Source of the DNA: Vicugna vicugna
Lineage: Eukaryota
Direction: 5' to 3'
DNA: 64,000 nt
Assembly (NCBI GenBank): GCA_013265495.1
Contig: MU058844.1
Span: 9,072,184-9,136,183 of the forward strand
Of this stretch, positions 27,703 through 40,310 are shown one piece after another (position 1 is the first letter of the stretch; each line of letters opens with the position of its first letter). The position numbers and the translations under genes are program-made. The notes under the pieces are model-generated. The model searched no databases. It was not told the origin of the DNA and saw only the letters and a list, made by a program, of their open reading frames with translations.

Positions 27703-28192
27703 TAGAGAAATCCTGCCATTTGCAACAACATGAATGAAGATGAACTTTGAGGGCATTATACTAAGTGAAATAGGTTAGACAAAGAAAGACAAATACTGTA
27801 TGATCTTATTTACATTCAGAATCTAAAAATGTCAAACTCACAGAAACAGTATATTCATGGTTGCCAGAGGCTGGGGAGAGGTGGGGAGTTGGGGAAGATG
27901 GAAAGATGTTTGTCAAAGAATGTAAACTTTCTGTTATAAAGATTAGGGTATCTAATGTACAGTATGGTGACTATGGTTAACAATACTGTATGGTATACTT
28001 GAAATTTTACTTTGAGAGTAGGTCATATGCGTTCCCACCACACAAAAAACCTCGTTAACTATGTGAGGTAATAGATATGATAGCTAACCTTATTGTGGTA
28101 ATCATTTCATAATATATACATATACATTCACATTGTATACCTTAAGCTTACACATGTTATTTGTCAATTTTACCTCAATAAAGCTAGAAAAG
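27703..28192 (+). mobile_element. L1 (L1MA9-like) 3' end, 5'-truncated
   Basis: gaaatcctgccatttgcaacaacatg...ctaagtgaaat...atggtgactatggttaacaatactgta...tacctcaataaagctagaaaa. Confidence 0.9.
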
Positions 28193-28452
28193 ATTGTTTA
28201 AAATCCTCCTAGGGAAAAAGAAAATTACCTAAAATTTGATGGGTGACTACAAAGATCTTATGAAGTGGATTTGGAGGAAGAAAAGGGGAGCAGGCAGCAG
28301 TAGAGATGGAGACAAGGCTGCAGGGAAAGACAGGTCTGAGTCAGGGATGGCCAGAGCCTGAACTTCGTCCTATATACAACAGTGAGTCAGCAAAGATTTC
28401 TTAGAAGGGAAGGGATATAGTTAGATTTTTAACTTTGCAGACCACTGGCACC

Positions 28453-28545
28453 TCCAAAAGTTAAAAGTAAAATGATATTTTTGTCCAAAAGTTAAAAGTA
28501 AAATGATATTTTTGTCCAAAAGTTAAAGGCAAAATGATATTTTTG
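28453..28545. repeat. Minisatellite, 3 x 31 bp (TCCAAAAGTTAAAAGTAAAATGATATTTTTG)
   Basis: Copies 1 and 2 are identical and copy 3 has two substitutions. Head-to-tail with no spacers. Confidence 0.97.
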
Positions 28546-29559
28546 ATGTGGTATGATATATCATGATAGTCAAGGTACCGTGTTTCTAGTTCAGATTTGT
28601 GAAAAATCAAGTTTCTTGAAACAAACATGGGACTAGTGTCGCAAAAGGCAGAACTATGTAGAACAGAGGCATTACCCAGTCTGGCATTTCTTAACTTCTT
28701 TAGTAATGAAAAATATAGATATAAATGAAGGAATCAAAATAATGTTGTCAATAAATAAATATACATAATGAAAAATTTGCTGTCATTTTATGCCTCTTTG
28801 AATAGCTCCCCACAGGCAGATTATATTGTTAACATTAAATACATTTTACAGGCCATTGTTACAAAAAAGTGAATTCAGCATATTTAGACACAGAAAATAC
28901 AATAAAGTCTTTATTTCTTGCAGAGTATTTTTGTTACTGCTTAAAACTGGAAAACCACAAAAAAAGTACAATAAAAGGATGTGCAAAGAGGAATAGATTA
29001 CATCCTAACAATATGTTCTCCTTTAGCAGAAGCCCATATACTTTTTAAATTATTTAATTAAACCAGACAAAATGGATTATTGAGGAGCCACAGTAAAAAT
29101 TCAATTGACAGACTAGTTTTCAGTGAATACACAGGTGTGCTTATTTTAAAAGCTTTTCTACATGATTGCATTATAAATAAAAAGAACTGGCACATTTAGT
29201 TGAACTATGTTTTTTATGTTGCTTTCATTCTATGTTTATTCCAACTACTGAATTTATCAACTTTCAATTAGAATTTTCTTAAGGAAGTTAGCATTTCATG
29301 TTACTTCATCTAAAACCAGCCTTATTCTGAAATCTAATTTCCTAAGAAAAAATTAAAGAACATTTATAGGCAAATCAGTTGTTATTCATATTCAGAAGAA
29401 TATTGGATCAGAATGATGAGTGGAGCTAGAGGTAGCAAATTGATATTTGGGGGTCTTATAAGACCTCGGAATATGACCATTGCTTTAAATATATTATGCA
29501 TTTAATTATCACAGCCATCCTTTGGGTTGGGTTAAGAACTGGTACTTTGTGGAATCCAT

Positions 29560-30100
29560 GGAAATGTGGAAAAGATAGACACAGGCAAAGGTGGAACCCT
29601 ACCCCCAAAAAAGCAAGTAAGAGGCTGAGAAGGAGCAAAGGGAGATGTGAGACTCCTGTGAGTTAAGAGTCCTTGAAGCAAAAAAATGATAAAGATAGAG
29701 GTAGAAATGGAGATGGAGAGCGGGAGAGGAGGAGGCAGAGGATGAGAGAGGGAGAGAGAGAAAGTTTTAAGTGTAAGGACTGGATGTGGTTAATAGTGTC
29801 AAATGTTTCATGAAGGCATGTTGGATTATGTCTAGTATGAGGTGATGAGATTTACAATTAGAAGCTCCCTGAAAATATTTGCAAAGACAGTTTATTGAAA
29901 CAATAAACTATAATGACAGGAGTATAGCTGTGATGGAAAGAATTTGAATCAATTAGAAGTCTAAAAGGGAGAGACAGTAAGTAATACTCCTTTGAGAAGT
30001 TTGGCAATGAAGGGGAGATGAGGCTAAAAGCTAAACAAGTAGGCAATATTGAGAGACAGCTGATTGGAAATGCTTATAGCCAATGCAGAGAAAGAAGAAG
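29560..30100 (-). mobile_element. L2 LINE internal fragment, degraded
   Basis: gaggctgagaaggagc...gtggttaatagtgtcaaatg...actcctttgagaagtttggcaatgaagggg. Confidence 0.55.
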
Positions 30101-32244
30101 CAAAGGAGAAGGGATCATTTTGATGGACAACACAGAAGAAGATAATGCCAAGTAGTAGAACTCCTGCTGAGAATGCAGGAAGGGGAAGGGAATGTGTAGA
30201 GATGAATGAAGATTTGATTTGGAAAGGAAAGAAGAGATAGGAATTATATCAGGGTCTTCCCAAGGAAACAGGGGTTATCTGCTAAGGGAAGTGAGAACAG
30301 AATAACTTCTAACAGTTTAGGAAGACTGAAAATAAAGTAATGGAGAACATGGCAAAGAGCCAATAAGACTAAGCAAGGCTTTTTTAGTGTGGGATGGTAG
30401 ACCCAGAGGAAGTTCTCATTAAGCTACCCCAGAAAATTAAATAAAGCACTTGTGAACTGAAACTATGTGGAGTCACCATGATATTTCATTATCTAAATCT
30501 ATGAAGTTCTGTTATTCACCATAATTTGAAAGGAAGAGATATAAATATGAAAGTAACAATAACTTTGACCCAGAGGTGAAATGTTTCCCTGAAATTTGAT
30601 GGGGATAAAAATCAGGAAGCTTCTATAATCTCAGTTACATTTAACTAGTTAGAAGGAAATTTGATAGTTGAAGATGATCCAGAAAAACATGTGGAAAGTG
30701 GAAAAGTTGTTGAATAGTACTTATTAGAAAAATTTGCCTTGGGGGAACTAATAGCAATATTCATGTAAAGTTATAGGATAACTTATTTGCAGAATTAATG
30801 AAATGACCAAGTGATTTTTCTCTTCAAATTAAAACTGTCCAGATACAGAAAAAGACACCACTAAATGAGTTCTTGAATTTAATTATTACAGAATCCTAAA
30901 ACTGATAACTATTTAATTTAATAGACCCTTTGCCAATTACTAATTTTTTGTTCTTTTAATTCTCTTTCCCAGTTCTATGAGATAAAAGCAGAGTGTCTCT
31001 CACTGCTTTTATAAAAATGTTTGATCTTACAACAGCTTTCTTTTCCTGCATGTTTATATGTACCACATATCCTAACTCAGCTTATTAATTTATTTTCATC
31101 ATTAGTAAATGGATGAAACTACTTTCATTATTAGTAAATTCCATGACCAACTTTGAATTAACATTCTAACAGAAAGTAAAATACAGCTCTCATGTTTTAT
31201 TAGCATTTGAAGCAAGTCACATGGCTAAACTTATCAGAAAATAGTATTTTTTAAATGACAACAGTGTTTGCATAAAGCAGTGGCATTCTTGCAGCTTCAA
31301 ACTTATATCTCTTGGAGACAATCTAAAATTCTCTGACATGATGTTCTTAGCTTGCCTGAAAACTGTTCCGAGTTTCCAGTAAACCCAGTCATTAAGAACC
31401 CACTCTTCCTGTTGGAATTGTATCAGTTTTGGTTAGAAAGTTATATAGTTTTTAATTGATTTTACTTCATAGAAGAGTTTAATTGTAGTTGAAGGATGTC
31501 CTTTTTGGCTTTATATTGATAAACTCGAAGTTTCAGCATTGTCAAACCCATAGTTATTCACAAAAGCCTCCAATTCCTTATTATATCTCTAGAATTTCCT
31601 TTACGATGATACTGCGTTATAAAGATAAGTATAGAAACTGTAAATTACTCGTTATTATCACCAATAAAAAAGTCTTTTTTGCTGTTGATAATTGTACTGT
31701 TCCAGTACAAAGAATCTTTCCCAAATGGAAGGAAATCAATATGTCTTACAACAGGATATGCTAAAACCCAACAATGAAAAAGAGCTAAAGAAATTGCTGT
31801 TTGCTACTTCCACTATTTTTATTATTTCCAAGACTTGTGTGTAGCAGTTGTTTAAAATATAGTTTAAAATTCTCTCCTGTTGTGTATGAAATGTTTGAAA
31901 TCTGTTTGCAAATCTTTTCAGACTCTTTCTTGTTTTGGTTAGAATTTTTTCTTTGACGAAAGTATAAGATTTGTTTTTCTTGTAATAGCAGGCTTGGTTG
32001 TTTTACCTTTGCACTTGGAGATTATGAACCGGTTTTTTTCTCTTTCTACTAATAGCAAGATTATGCTTTATAGTAATATTTTGATAATAAGCATATAAAT
32101 TGACCCATGTCATTTTACCCATGTGTTTACTAGAGTATTCTTACTAATTTTAAAGTTAAAAATTTGAGAAAGGTTACTTATCTTTTAAAAAAAATTAAAT
32201 GGAATATTGAAATTTAGCAAGGCACAAAGTAAAGAAAAAGGAGT

Positions 32245-32445
32245 ATTAAATTCAAGTCAAAAGATTTCAGTTTGAGTTGAGTCCTATATTTATCACTTAG
32301 TAATTTATTTAACCTATCTGCACCTCGGCTTTTTCATCTGTGAAATGGAATTTTAATAAATTTGGACCAAGCTATCTTTCAAAGAAGTCATGATATTTAG
32401 GTGAAATAGTTCATGAGAAAGCACTTCGTAAACTTGAAGTACTGA
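32245..32445 (+). mobile_element. MIR SINE
   Basis: atttaacctatctgcacctcggctttttcatctgtgaaatggaa...gaaagcacttcgtaaac. Confidence 0.7.
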
Positions 32446-32767
32446 AGTTGTATTGCTATTAATAGTTTTAAAAGGTGAATATCAGCTAGTTATTAGTTAA
32501 GTAGATAAACACTCTTCTGTGGACAGTTTGAACTTGATGATAAAACAATGTAACAGTACTTCATTTTATACTGACAACTAAAGTTCCTTCCATTAGAGAA
32601 ACAGATACCTTATTTGTTCATAGGATGCTTCTGTAGCACTACATGCATTTTTAAAATGAATTTTCAATTCACTTATTTATGCAGTTTGTAAAAATAATAG
32701 CATCTGCAATTTTGAGGGAGATTATTGTGTGCCTCGCACGATGCTAAGTACTATACATATCCTCCCA

Positions 32768-32823
32768 ACACACACACACACACACACACACACGCATGCA
32801 CGCACGTGCACAAACACACGCAC
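32768..32823. repeat. (CA)n microsatellite grading into a CACG/CATG alternating purine-pyrimidine tract, inside an antisense MIR (about 32690-32990)
   Basis: Read directly from the sequence. Confidence 0.92.
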
Positions 32824-33767
32824 AGTTTTCAGTTACTCATTACCTATGAGAAAAATGTAATTATTACTAGCATTTTGCAAATAAACTAAACTGAGGTTTC
32901 AAGGAACCAAGTGTATTGTTTTGCATGTAATCACTAGTCAACAGGAATTGAAGGCCAGGAAATCTGACTCCAAATTTGAGTGTATAACAGTATCCTACAA
33001 GGCTGCCTGGCCTTTTTCTTAATAACAACATTTCTCTATATATGAAATCTGTGTCTCTAAATCAACAGTTTACCTTCTACCAGTATTTGAATTCATCATG
33101 ACCTCTTTGTTAAATTTCTGTGGATTATTTAAAGGGTCATTATATGAACAGATAAAACAGGTGTTAACTAAATTAATAAGACATATTAAGTCAATTAATT
33201 AAATCAGCCTCTCTTTAAATTTCCAAATATTGGATTGAAATTAAATATTTTACCCTATAGAAAAGATACATTAAAACATCTAGATGCCTTTTGCAGCTAT
33301 TTGGATAAATCTGATTACTGGATTTTAAACCTTGCATCTAAATGTTTTCCCTTGGTGTAGATTTCAGTATCAGCAAACTGCGTAGAGACCTGAAGTAAAC
33401 AATGTGAAAGCATCGTTTTGGTCCCTGTGTTTTCAGTGTAGAAATTCTGAGATCTCAAGATATTACAAGATCAGAGGATTTCTGTGGCACTTCTCTACAC
33501 TTCCCCATTTCATTTTGGCAAGGAAGAACAGTGCATCTCAAGTGCTGAGAGACTTGAAGTTCCAAATAGGTGAACTTTTGGGAGACTAAAAAGAAAAGTA
33601 TGGACAGAAAGGATGCAGGAACTGCTCTTCTCTGTTTGTGTATGATTATGTATGAGTAAGTGTGTGTGTAATTAGTAATTGGATTGCTTAAGATTTTATT
33701 TTTTAAAACTTGTTAGCAGAAAACATCACAAATTTGATCAGCTGGGATTTATCACATACTATATATT

Positions 33768-34122
33768 TGCCTTAGTCTTTTGGAGCTACTATAACAAACT
33801 ACAGACTGAGTGGTTTAAACAACCAACATTTATCTCTTAATTCTGGCAGCTTGGTAATCAGAGATCAAGGACCTGGCCTGTTTGTGTCTTGTGAGAACCT
33901 GATTCCTGGTTCGTAGATGGTGTCTTCTTGCTGTGTCCTCACATGACAGAATGAGTGAATGAGACTCTGGGGTCTCTTTTATAAGGGCACTAAATCCAAT
34001 TAATGTGGGCTCCACCCTCATGACCCAATCATCCACCAAAGGTGTCACCTCCTACAACCATCACATTTGAGGTTAGGGTTCAAGATATTAATTTTAGGGG
34101 GACATAAACATTCAATTCATAA
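33768..34122 (-). mobile_element. MLT1A-like MaLR solo LTR
   Basis: tgccttagtc...gctactataacaaactacagactgagtggtttaaacaac...ctctggggtctcttttataagggcactaaatcc...ggggacataaacattca. Confidence 0.9.
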
Positions 34123-34125
34123 CTC

Positions 34126-34765
34126 TGTTACTAGCCTTTAGCCAAACTGCACAGTCCAAGGGCACAGTTCTTCACAAGACTGGCCTCACTTCTGACACCA
34201 ATTGCAAGTTTATGGGGTCCCCAAATCCATTCTCACTTTTGATAATTCACTAGAAAGACCTGCAGAACTCACTGAAAGCTACTGCAGTCACATTTATGGC
34301 TTATTACAGGGGAAATGATAGGAATCAAAATTAGCCAAAGTAATCCATAGGGCAGAATCTTGGAGGGTTCCAAATGCTAGGCTTCCATTGTCCTCAGGAT
34401 ATATTACTCTCCTAGAATTGATGTGTGATAATTCTGCAACCTGGGAAGCTCACTGAAGCTTTGAGTGTCCAGAGTTTTTAATGGAAATTTCATTCCATAA
34501 GCATAATTGATTGATTGTCCACCTGGTTGAGCTCAGCTGCCATCCAGGTCAAACAAAGCTTCCTAAATCATATGGTTGGTCTTTCTGGAATAACTAGTCT
34601 CCAATTTAAGACTATGCAGTGTGACCAGCCCCATCCTAAGATCCACTGTAGCCAGACCTCATCCTAGACAAAGACATTCCTATCAGGTATGACACAGATT
34701 ACCTCCTAGAAGCTGAAGGCAAAGGTCTGACCTCTCTTCTGGCAAAGCCGAATTCTTTACTACTT
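34126..34765 (-). mobile_element. MER77/MER21-family ERVL LTR
   Basis: cacaagactggcctcacttctgacaccaattgcaag...aattcactagaaagac...gcaaaggtctgacctctctt...aattctttactac. Confidence 0.75.
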
Positions 34766-35654
34766 CCGATCATCTTAAATGTCTACCCTAAGTGAAGATT
34801 TTTTAGTGAACACATAGTGTTGATAATATCTCCTTGTTTAATAACATGTTGATAAAGCCAATATGTTGTTTTCCACTCAGAAAACATTGTAATTGGGAGA
34901 TAAGGAGGAAAAAACCTGTAAGTGGAATCAGGAAATGTGTTGAGGAAGTTTTATAAAATCAATTTAGAAAAGCGTGAGCAAGAGAGAGAGAGAGAGAGAT
35001 GCATGGTGGGAGCGAGAGGGAAAATACAGTGTTCTTAAGAGAAAATTGCAATACAGTTAGATTATAGTGTCAGAAATATTTTGGGGGCACCGACTGTTTG
35101 AGGCACTGGGCCAGGTCATGCACTTAAGTGCTGCATTTTCTCACACTTCCGGGCTGTTTCATTTACCTCTCTTCACCTTCAGGTTTATGGATCCCCACAC
35201 CAAGAGTTAACCCTGTTATTAGCAGTGAGAATAACTGAGATCCTGCTGTTGCCTCATCACCTTATATGGCCTGTCACTATTTTAAAGATGCAGAAAACAT
35301 GGTTCTAAAGTTTGAAGTAACTCACCTGAAATACACAGCTAGCAAATAATTGAGCAACTGCTCTTTTGTTGAGTCTATTCATTTCTTCAAATCCCTCCTT
35401 TTAAAAATTCTTCACAAGGTATTCATTATTTCCCACTGATTCCCGAGGTATAGCTATTTTCTATCTGAGGAATTGGATGGGTTTGCAATTGTTTCCGTTG
35501 TATCAAGAACAAAAGGACTGGGGGAGGAAAATAAGTGAATATTTCAGTATTAGAAAAAGAGAAATCCACTGAAATCCTTTTATAAAAAAATGATTCTTTC
35601 TTATACACAACAGCCTCTCACCAAAGAGGAGAAACAGAGAGGCAGTCCACAATA

Positions 35655-35822
35655 GTGCAATAATTCTCAATCTTGGCTGTACACCACATCACCTGTAAAG
35701 CATTTGAAAAACACAAATGTATCCAGAAATTCTGATCCATTGTTAGCATATGACCTGGCTATCTGCACTTAAAAAATTATGTATATAGTTTGATTCTGAT
35801 TTGAGCCTATAGTTGAGAATGA
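35655..35822. mobile_element. MER5A-like hAT MITE
   Basis: ttctcaatcttggctgtacaccacatcacctg...ccagaaattctgat...tgattctgat...agttgagaa, with inverted termini. Confidence 0.65.
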
Positions 35823-36562
35823 GAGTAAGGATTTAGTAGAGAAAAATCATGGGCTTTGAGGCAGACAGACATGAGTTTGACACCTTAGCCTGCCTTTTAT
35901 AAGCTATATGACTTTTACAAACATTATCATTTTATAGAAAAGGAAACTAAGGCCCAGAGACAGTAAATAACTTGTTTAAGTTCACAGGATGAGAAACTGG
36001 TACGACCAGAATTGTGCTCCACAGTTCATGCTCTTAATTAGTACTCTCTACAATCTACTGGACCAGTACCAAGCACTATTTTGGGCCTTCAGGAAGTGCC
36101 AGTGACCAAGTCAGAAGTAACTCTCTGCCCTCAAAGGGCTTATACTGGAAATTTATGAATTTAAAAATAATTTTAGGTGTAGAAAAATTCTAGAAAACAA
36201 ATTACAGAGCTATGGACAGAAAGTATTGCAAGTATAATCCACACTTATTTTTAAAGGTTTTTTTTTTTCTGTTCTCTGTTCTTACTTTTGTAATATTACT
36301 AACCAGTGTTATCTAAGACACTCTTATTTAGAGACATGTATACCGAAGAGTATGTGAAAAAAAATTCACTTCATTAAGTCATTGCATTTCAGGGACAATT
36401 TATCCTATGTTTCTACTGACTTAAATGAAATTAGAAAGAATATGTGAAAGCAGATAGAAAGAATGAGTCTAAAACTCAGGAAGTAGAGTTCAATTCTGAC
36501 TTTCACTGCGTCCACTTGAAAAGTTTTTAAAGAAAGAGGCGGATGGATACGAGCCACTACGC

Positions 36563-36862
36563 CAGGGATCAGCAGACTTTTCTCTACGGGGCCAGCCAGT
36601 AAATATTTTAAGCACTGTGGGCTAGAAGCTTGTTACTGCAACTACTCGACCAGTGCAGAGCAAAAGTGACCAGACGACTATGTAAACGAATGAGCTTGGC
36701 CTTGTTCCAATAAAAATGGAATCATGGACACTCAAAATTGAATTTCTTATCATTTTTATGTATCACAAAGTAGTATCCTTCTTTTGGTTTTTTCCTAAGC
36801 ATTCAAAAATGGAAAAACTATTTTTAGCTTGCAAGCCTGACAGGCTTAGTTGGCCACCCCTG
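36563..36862 (+). mobile_element. MER58B-like hAT-Charlie DNA transposon (MITE)
   Basis: TIRs cagggatcagcagact / agttggccacccctg; body ggccagccagtaaatattttaagc...gttccaataaaa. Confidence 0.85.
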
Positions 36863-37409
36863 GGCTCCATGATCACTTAGGTTGTGTGCTCTGTCACAAG
36901 CCTTCAGCAGCCTTTCCCTGGGCTGCTGCCTCTGCCTGCAGAGAGCAATAGCAATAGACAAGGAAAAAAACTTCTGCATGTGAAGACTTCGTATGCATTG
37001 GTCTTCAAACTGAGGGGTTGTGTAAGGGTCACCTGGAAAAACACTAAAATTCAGATTCATTAAAATGGAATCTGCATTTTTAAGAACCATCATGGATGAT
37101 GTTGAACTGCTAGTAAGAATCTTGATCTAAATATGACATAAATGTAGGACATAGAACCAACCAATACACTGTAGATTACAACATACTGAGATATGTATCA
37201 CAATAGAAAGGAGGAGGCAAAAATATGAAATGTTCTGTGAAAACTGGACGGTAAAGAGCAGTTAGAAGTCAGTGTGGGCACATGGAGAGAAAGCGACAAG
37301 TACAAAATCCTCGTTCTGTGGAGATTACTGAATCAGGTGCTGTGGATGTATTCTACCCTGGGTGGGGGGTGACAAGAAAAGAAAGGAATAAGCATACGCC
37401 AAACCGGCA

Positions 37410-37615
37410 CTGTAATCTCCACCCAGGGGAGATTCTGCCATTGACTAGCCCTGTGACTACAGGCATTTCCTTATGACCTCTTTGCTTCAATTACCTCAAC
37501 TCTGATAGAGTTCACCTCCTCAGGTTGATGTGAGGTTTAAATGAGTTAATATATGTAGAGTGCTTAAAACTGTGCTTGGCACTACATATCTTTCAGTAAA
37601 TATTACTGTTATTGA
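37410..37615 (+). mobile_element. MIR SINE
   Basis: ctagccctgtgactacaggca...cctcctcaggttgatgtgaggtttaaatgagttaatatatgtagagtgcttaaaac. Confidence 0.75.
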
Positions 37616-38409
37616 CGTTGACGTTTATCTTTTTAACCATGATACTGTTTGACTCCTTTTTAAGATGATTGAACTGAGGTTCCGAGTGGGACTGACTAGG
37701 TGGTAACTTATTAGGCATGGGAAAAGGTTTATCATTCATTCTCTGTAAAGTTCCTTTCCTTCACCCTTGAACGTAAGGTATAAAGAGCATGTAAGTTCTG
37801 GTCCCTTCCCATTCTGACATTTTATATTATGTACACATATAAAAAATCACATAAAAATAAAATTGGAATGTGGGTAGATGAATATAAGATTATTACCATT
37901 AGAAACCAACACATGGATTACTTTAAAAGAAATTGTTCAGAATAATGGGTTTAGTGTGCTTCTTTTGTAATTTCTAAGGAAGGAACTAAGTGGATAAATC
38001 CTTTTTATTGCCCTGGCTTGCTTTGTTATATGCAAGAGTGACTAATGGATATTGTTTCTGCCTTCTACATTTTCTTAAGTACTTTCAAGCACTTTAAAAT
38101 GCTTTTCTTTCCTTTAAGACTCTTTCCCTTAGCATAACAGAGCTAAAAGGAATTGTTCCAGGACACAGCCTATAATTTTTTCACTTCTGCCTTGATTGGA
38201 GTGGGGGAAAAAAAAAAACACAAGACCTTGAGCGTGTCCTTACAGTGTTACCCCTGCCTGTCTGAGGAGGTGAAATCTTACATGCTACAACAGTAGTATA
38301 GTCCATCTCCAAAGAGATTAATTTTATTTTTTTTCGTATGCTTGTTGGCCATTTTGACTTTTAAGCATGATTTTAGTATAGTGTGTTTGTTTTTAAATTT
38401 TTTTCCAAG

Positions 38410-38568
38410 TTATTTTTATTTTTATTTTTATGTTTAAAAAATTTTTAATGAAGTGCAGTTGATTTACAATGTTAGTTTCATGTGTACAGCCAAGTGATTC
38501 AGCTCTACATATACATACATATATATCTTTTCAGATTATTTTTCCATTATATGTTATTACAAAAATTG
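38410..38568 (-). mobile_element. Younger artiodactyl-type L1 3' end with T-rich (poly-A) tail
   Basis: agttgatttacaatgttagtttcatgtgtacagccaagtgattcag...ttttcagattatttttccattat; closely similar to the copy at 49871-50058. Confidence 0.85.
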
Positions 38569-39234
38569 CCCTTATTTAAAGTATACATTTTGATGAGTTT
38601 GGGCATATGCATACACTCATGATATCATCACTTCAATCAAAGTGCTAAACATACATATTACCTCCAAAAATGTCTTTGTGTTCTTCTGTTGATTTGTTTT
38701 TATTTTTGTTTTTGTCATAAGAACACTTAGATGCGATCTATCCTCCATTAAAAAATTATTAAAGAAAACAATTTAGGTGATACAAACCAACTTTATTTAA
38801 CACTTCATGAAGTGGACAGTCTCTTTTCAGAGAAGTGCAAACTGGGATGGAAGGCAAGAAGCTTTTGTAAGATAAGGAATAAAGAACAAGGAAGAGAAAA
38901 ATGGAAACTATCTGATTGGGTGGGGCCACAGTGTTCACCTTATTTGGGGTAAGAAGGTCCAGAGTTAGTTTGGTGTTTGGGGATGGGCAGACTGCATATA
39001 CTGCTTTTCTGTCAAGCATGGCATTCACAGGGACACAAAAGTTACCTACGTTCTAGTTTGCTGATGTGGCTCTGTCTTGGGCCTAGAAAGTTATTTCAGC
39101 ACCTCTTAACTTACTTAAAGTCCACAGTACCATACTGTTAACTACAGGAACTATGTTGCATAGCAGATCACCTTGCATAACTGAAACTTCATACCCACTG
39201 AGAGACAACTCCCCATTGCCACACCCCCACCCCC
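38556..39234 (-). mobile_element. Older L1 (L1MB1/2-like) 3' end, split by an LTR at about 38757-39117
   Basis: tttaaagtatacattttgatgagttt...aagaacacttagatgcgatctatcctc, then the LTR, then ctgttaactacagg...gcataactgaaacttcataccc...aactccccatt. Confidence 0.8.
38757..39117 (-). mobile_element. Solo LTR (ERV1-like)
   Basis: Block of about 360 bp interrupting colinear L1 sequence. The minus strand has CCAAT (ctgattgg) and AATAAA (actttattt) near its 3' end. Confidence 0.65.
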
Positions 39235-39309
39235 AATGCACCGGTTATCTTCTCTGATCTCTGAAGCTAAGCAGGGCCTAAGCCTGGTTAGTACTCAGAT
39301 CACAGAGAT
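39226..39309 (+). pseudogene. 5S rRNA pseudogene fragment (truncated at both ends)
   Basis: tctgatctctgaagctaagcagggcctaagcctggttagtactcagat aligns to 5S TCTGATCTCGGAAGCTAAGCAGGGTCGGGCCTGGTTAGTACTTGGAT. It lacks the 3' roughly 30 nt and the terminator. Confidence 0.9.
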
Positions 39310-39971
39310 CAATTTTAATATGATGTTTTAAGATTCAAATATTTGTTGTTGGAATTATAGCATGTTTGGATTACTAAAACAGAATGTTAATTCCAAAACA
39401 TCCCAAATTTCCTGACAGCCGATGGGCTGCACTTGAATAAACAGATTACAGAGATGTGATTAATATTATGTAAACTTACCCTTATTAATTTTATAATCAG
39501 TATTTGCTTGATGAATTTTAATACTACTTAGTAAAACATGAAGTAACTAAAGAAGAAACTTTTGTTCATGTCTTAGCATAATTCATTAAAAAAAAATTGA
39601 GACTTTTGAAGACAGAGACTCTTCGTCACAGAGGGTACTTGTTACTCTGCAAACTGATCATGTACGGTCTCATTAGACTGTTTAGTTTGCTGTGACCCTT
39701 TTCTCAGCCTAACTCGGTCTCCTCATTTTGCTTTTCTTTTTTATTTGGAGGAGAAGGGATAATTACTGCAGTCAGTTGTCCCTCTGCCTTTAGCTGAAGC
39801 CCAAACCAAATTAGCATATTCTGATTATTCTGACTTTATAGAGTAAGGGGTTTAGCAGCAGTGGTTGAGGGGAGTCACTGTGAGGAAGGAAGCCTTTGTT
39901 CTTTGTCAAGAATTACTTTATCATAATCAATACCTTTCCAATGTCCTTTTCGCTTTCTTCATTGTGAGACA

Positions 39972-40310
39972 AGTATTAAAAGATAAACTGAGGCATTTTA
40001 AAAATGTGTAAGAGATTATTTGAAAAAAAAAAGTCAATTCAAATCAAGCAGTGCCAAACTAGAAGTGGTCAGGAGTGCTCTGCCCTAGGAGCCAGAGGAA
40101 AGCCTTGTCTACTCTGCAAAAGCCAAGAAAAGAAATGATTTGAGTGGCTATAGCTAAAAGCCTGGTTGGCTGTTTGAGATTGCTTGCCCCCAGCGTTTTG
40201 GTTTCCTAACCTTGAGGCATTTCAGGCTTAGATTTTGGTTTACTTCTGTAGGTCACCCTGGCATTAGAGCCACCTCAGTCTAATGGCTTCCTTGTTTAAT
40301 TAAATAGACA
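39972..40310 (-). mobile_element. ERV1-class solo LTR (artiodactyl-type)
   Basis: tattaaaagataaactgaggca...gtgccaaactagaagtggtcaggagtgctc...ggcattagagccacctcagtctaatggcttccttgtttaattaa. Confidence 0.75.

Noticed and set aside
28453..28545. 31-bp repeats as a CRISPR array
   Set aside because: The repeats are head-to-tail with no spacers, there are no cas genes, and the context is a mammalian intron.
39226..39309. Functional 5S rRNA gene
   Set aside because: It is truncated at both ends, diverged, has a damaged C-box region, and is a single copy abutting an L1.
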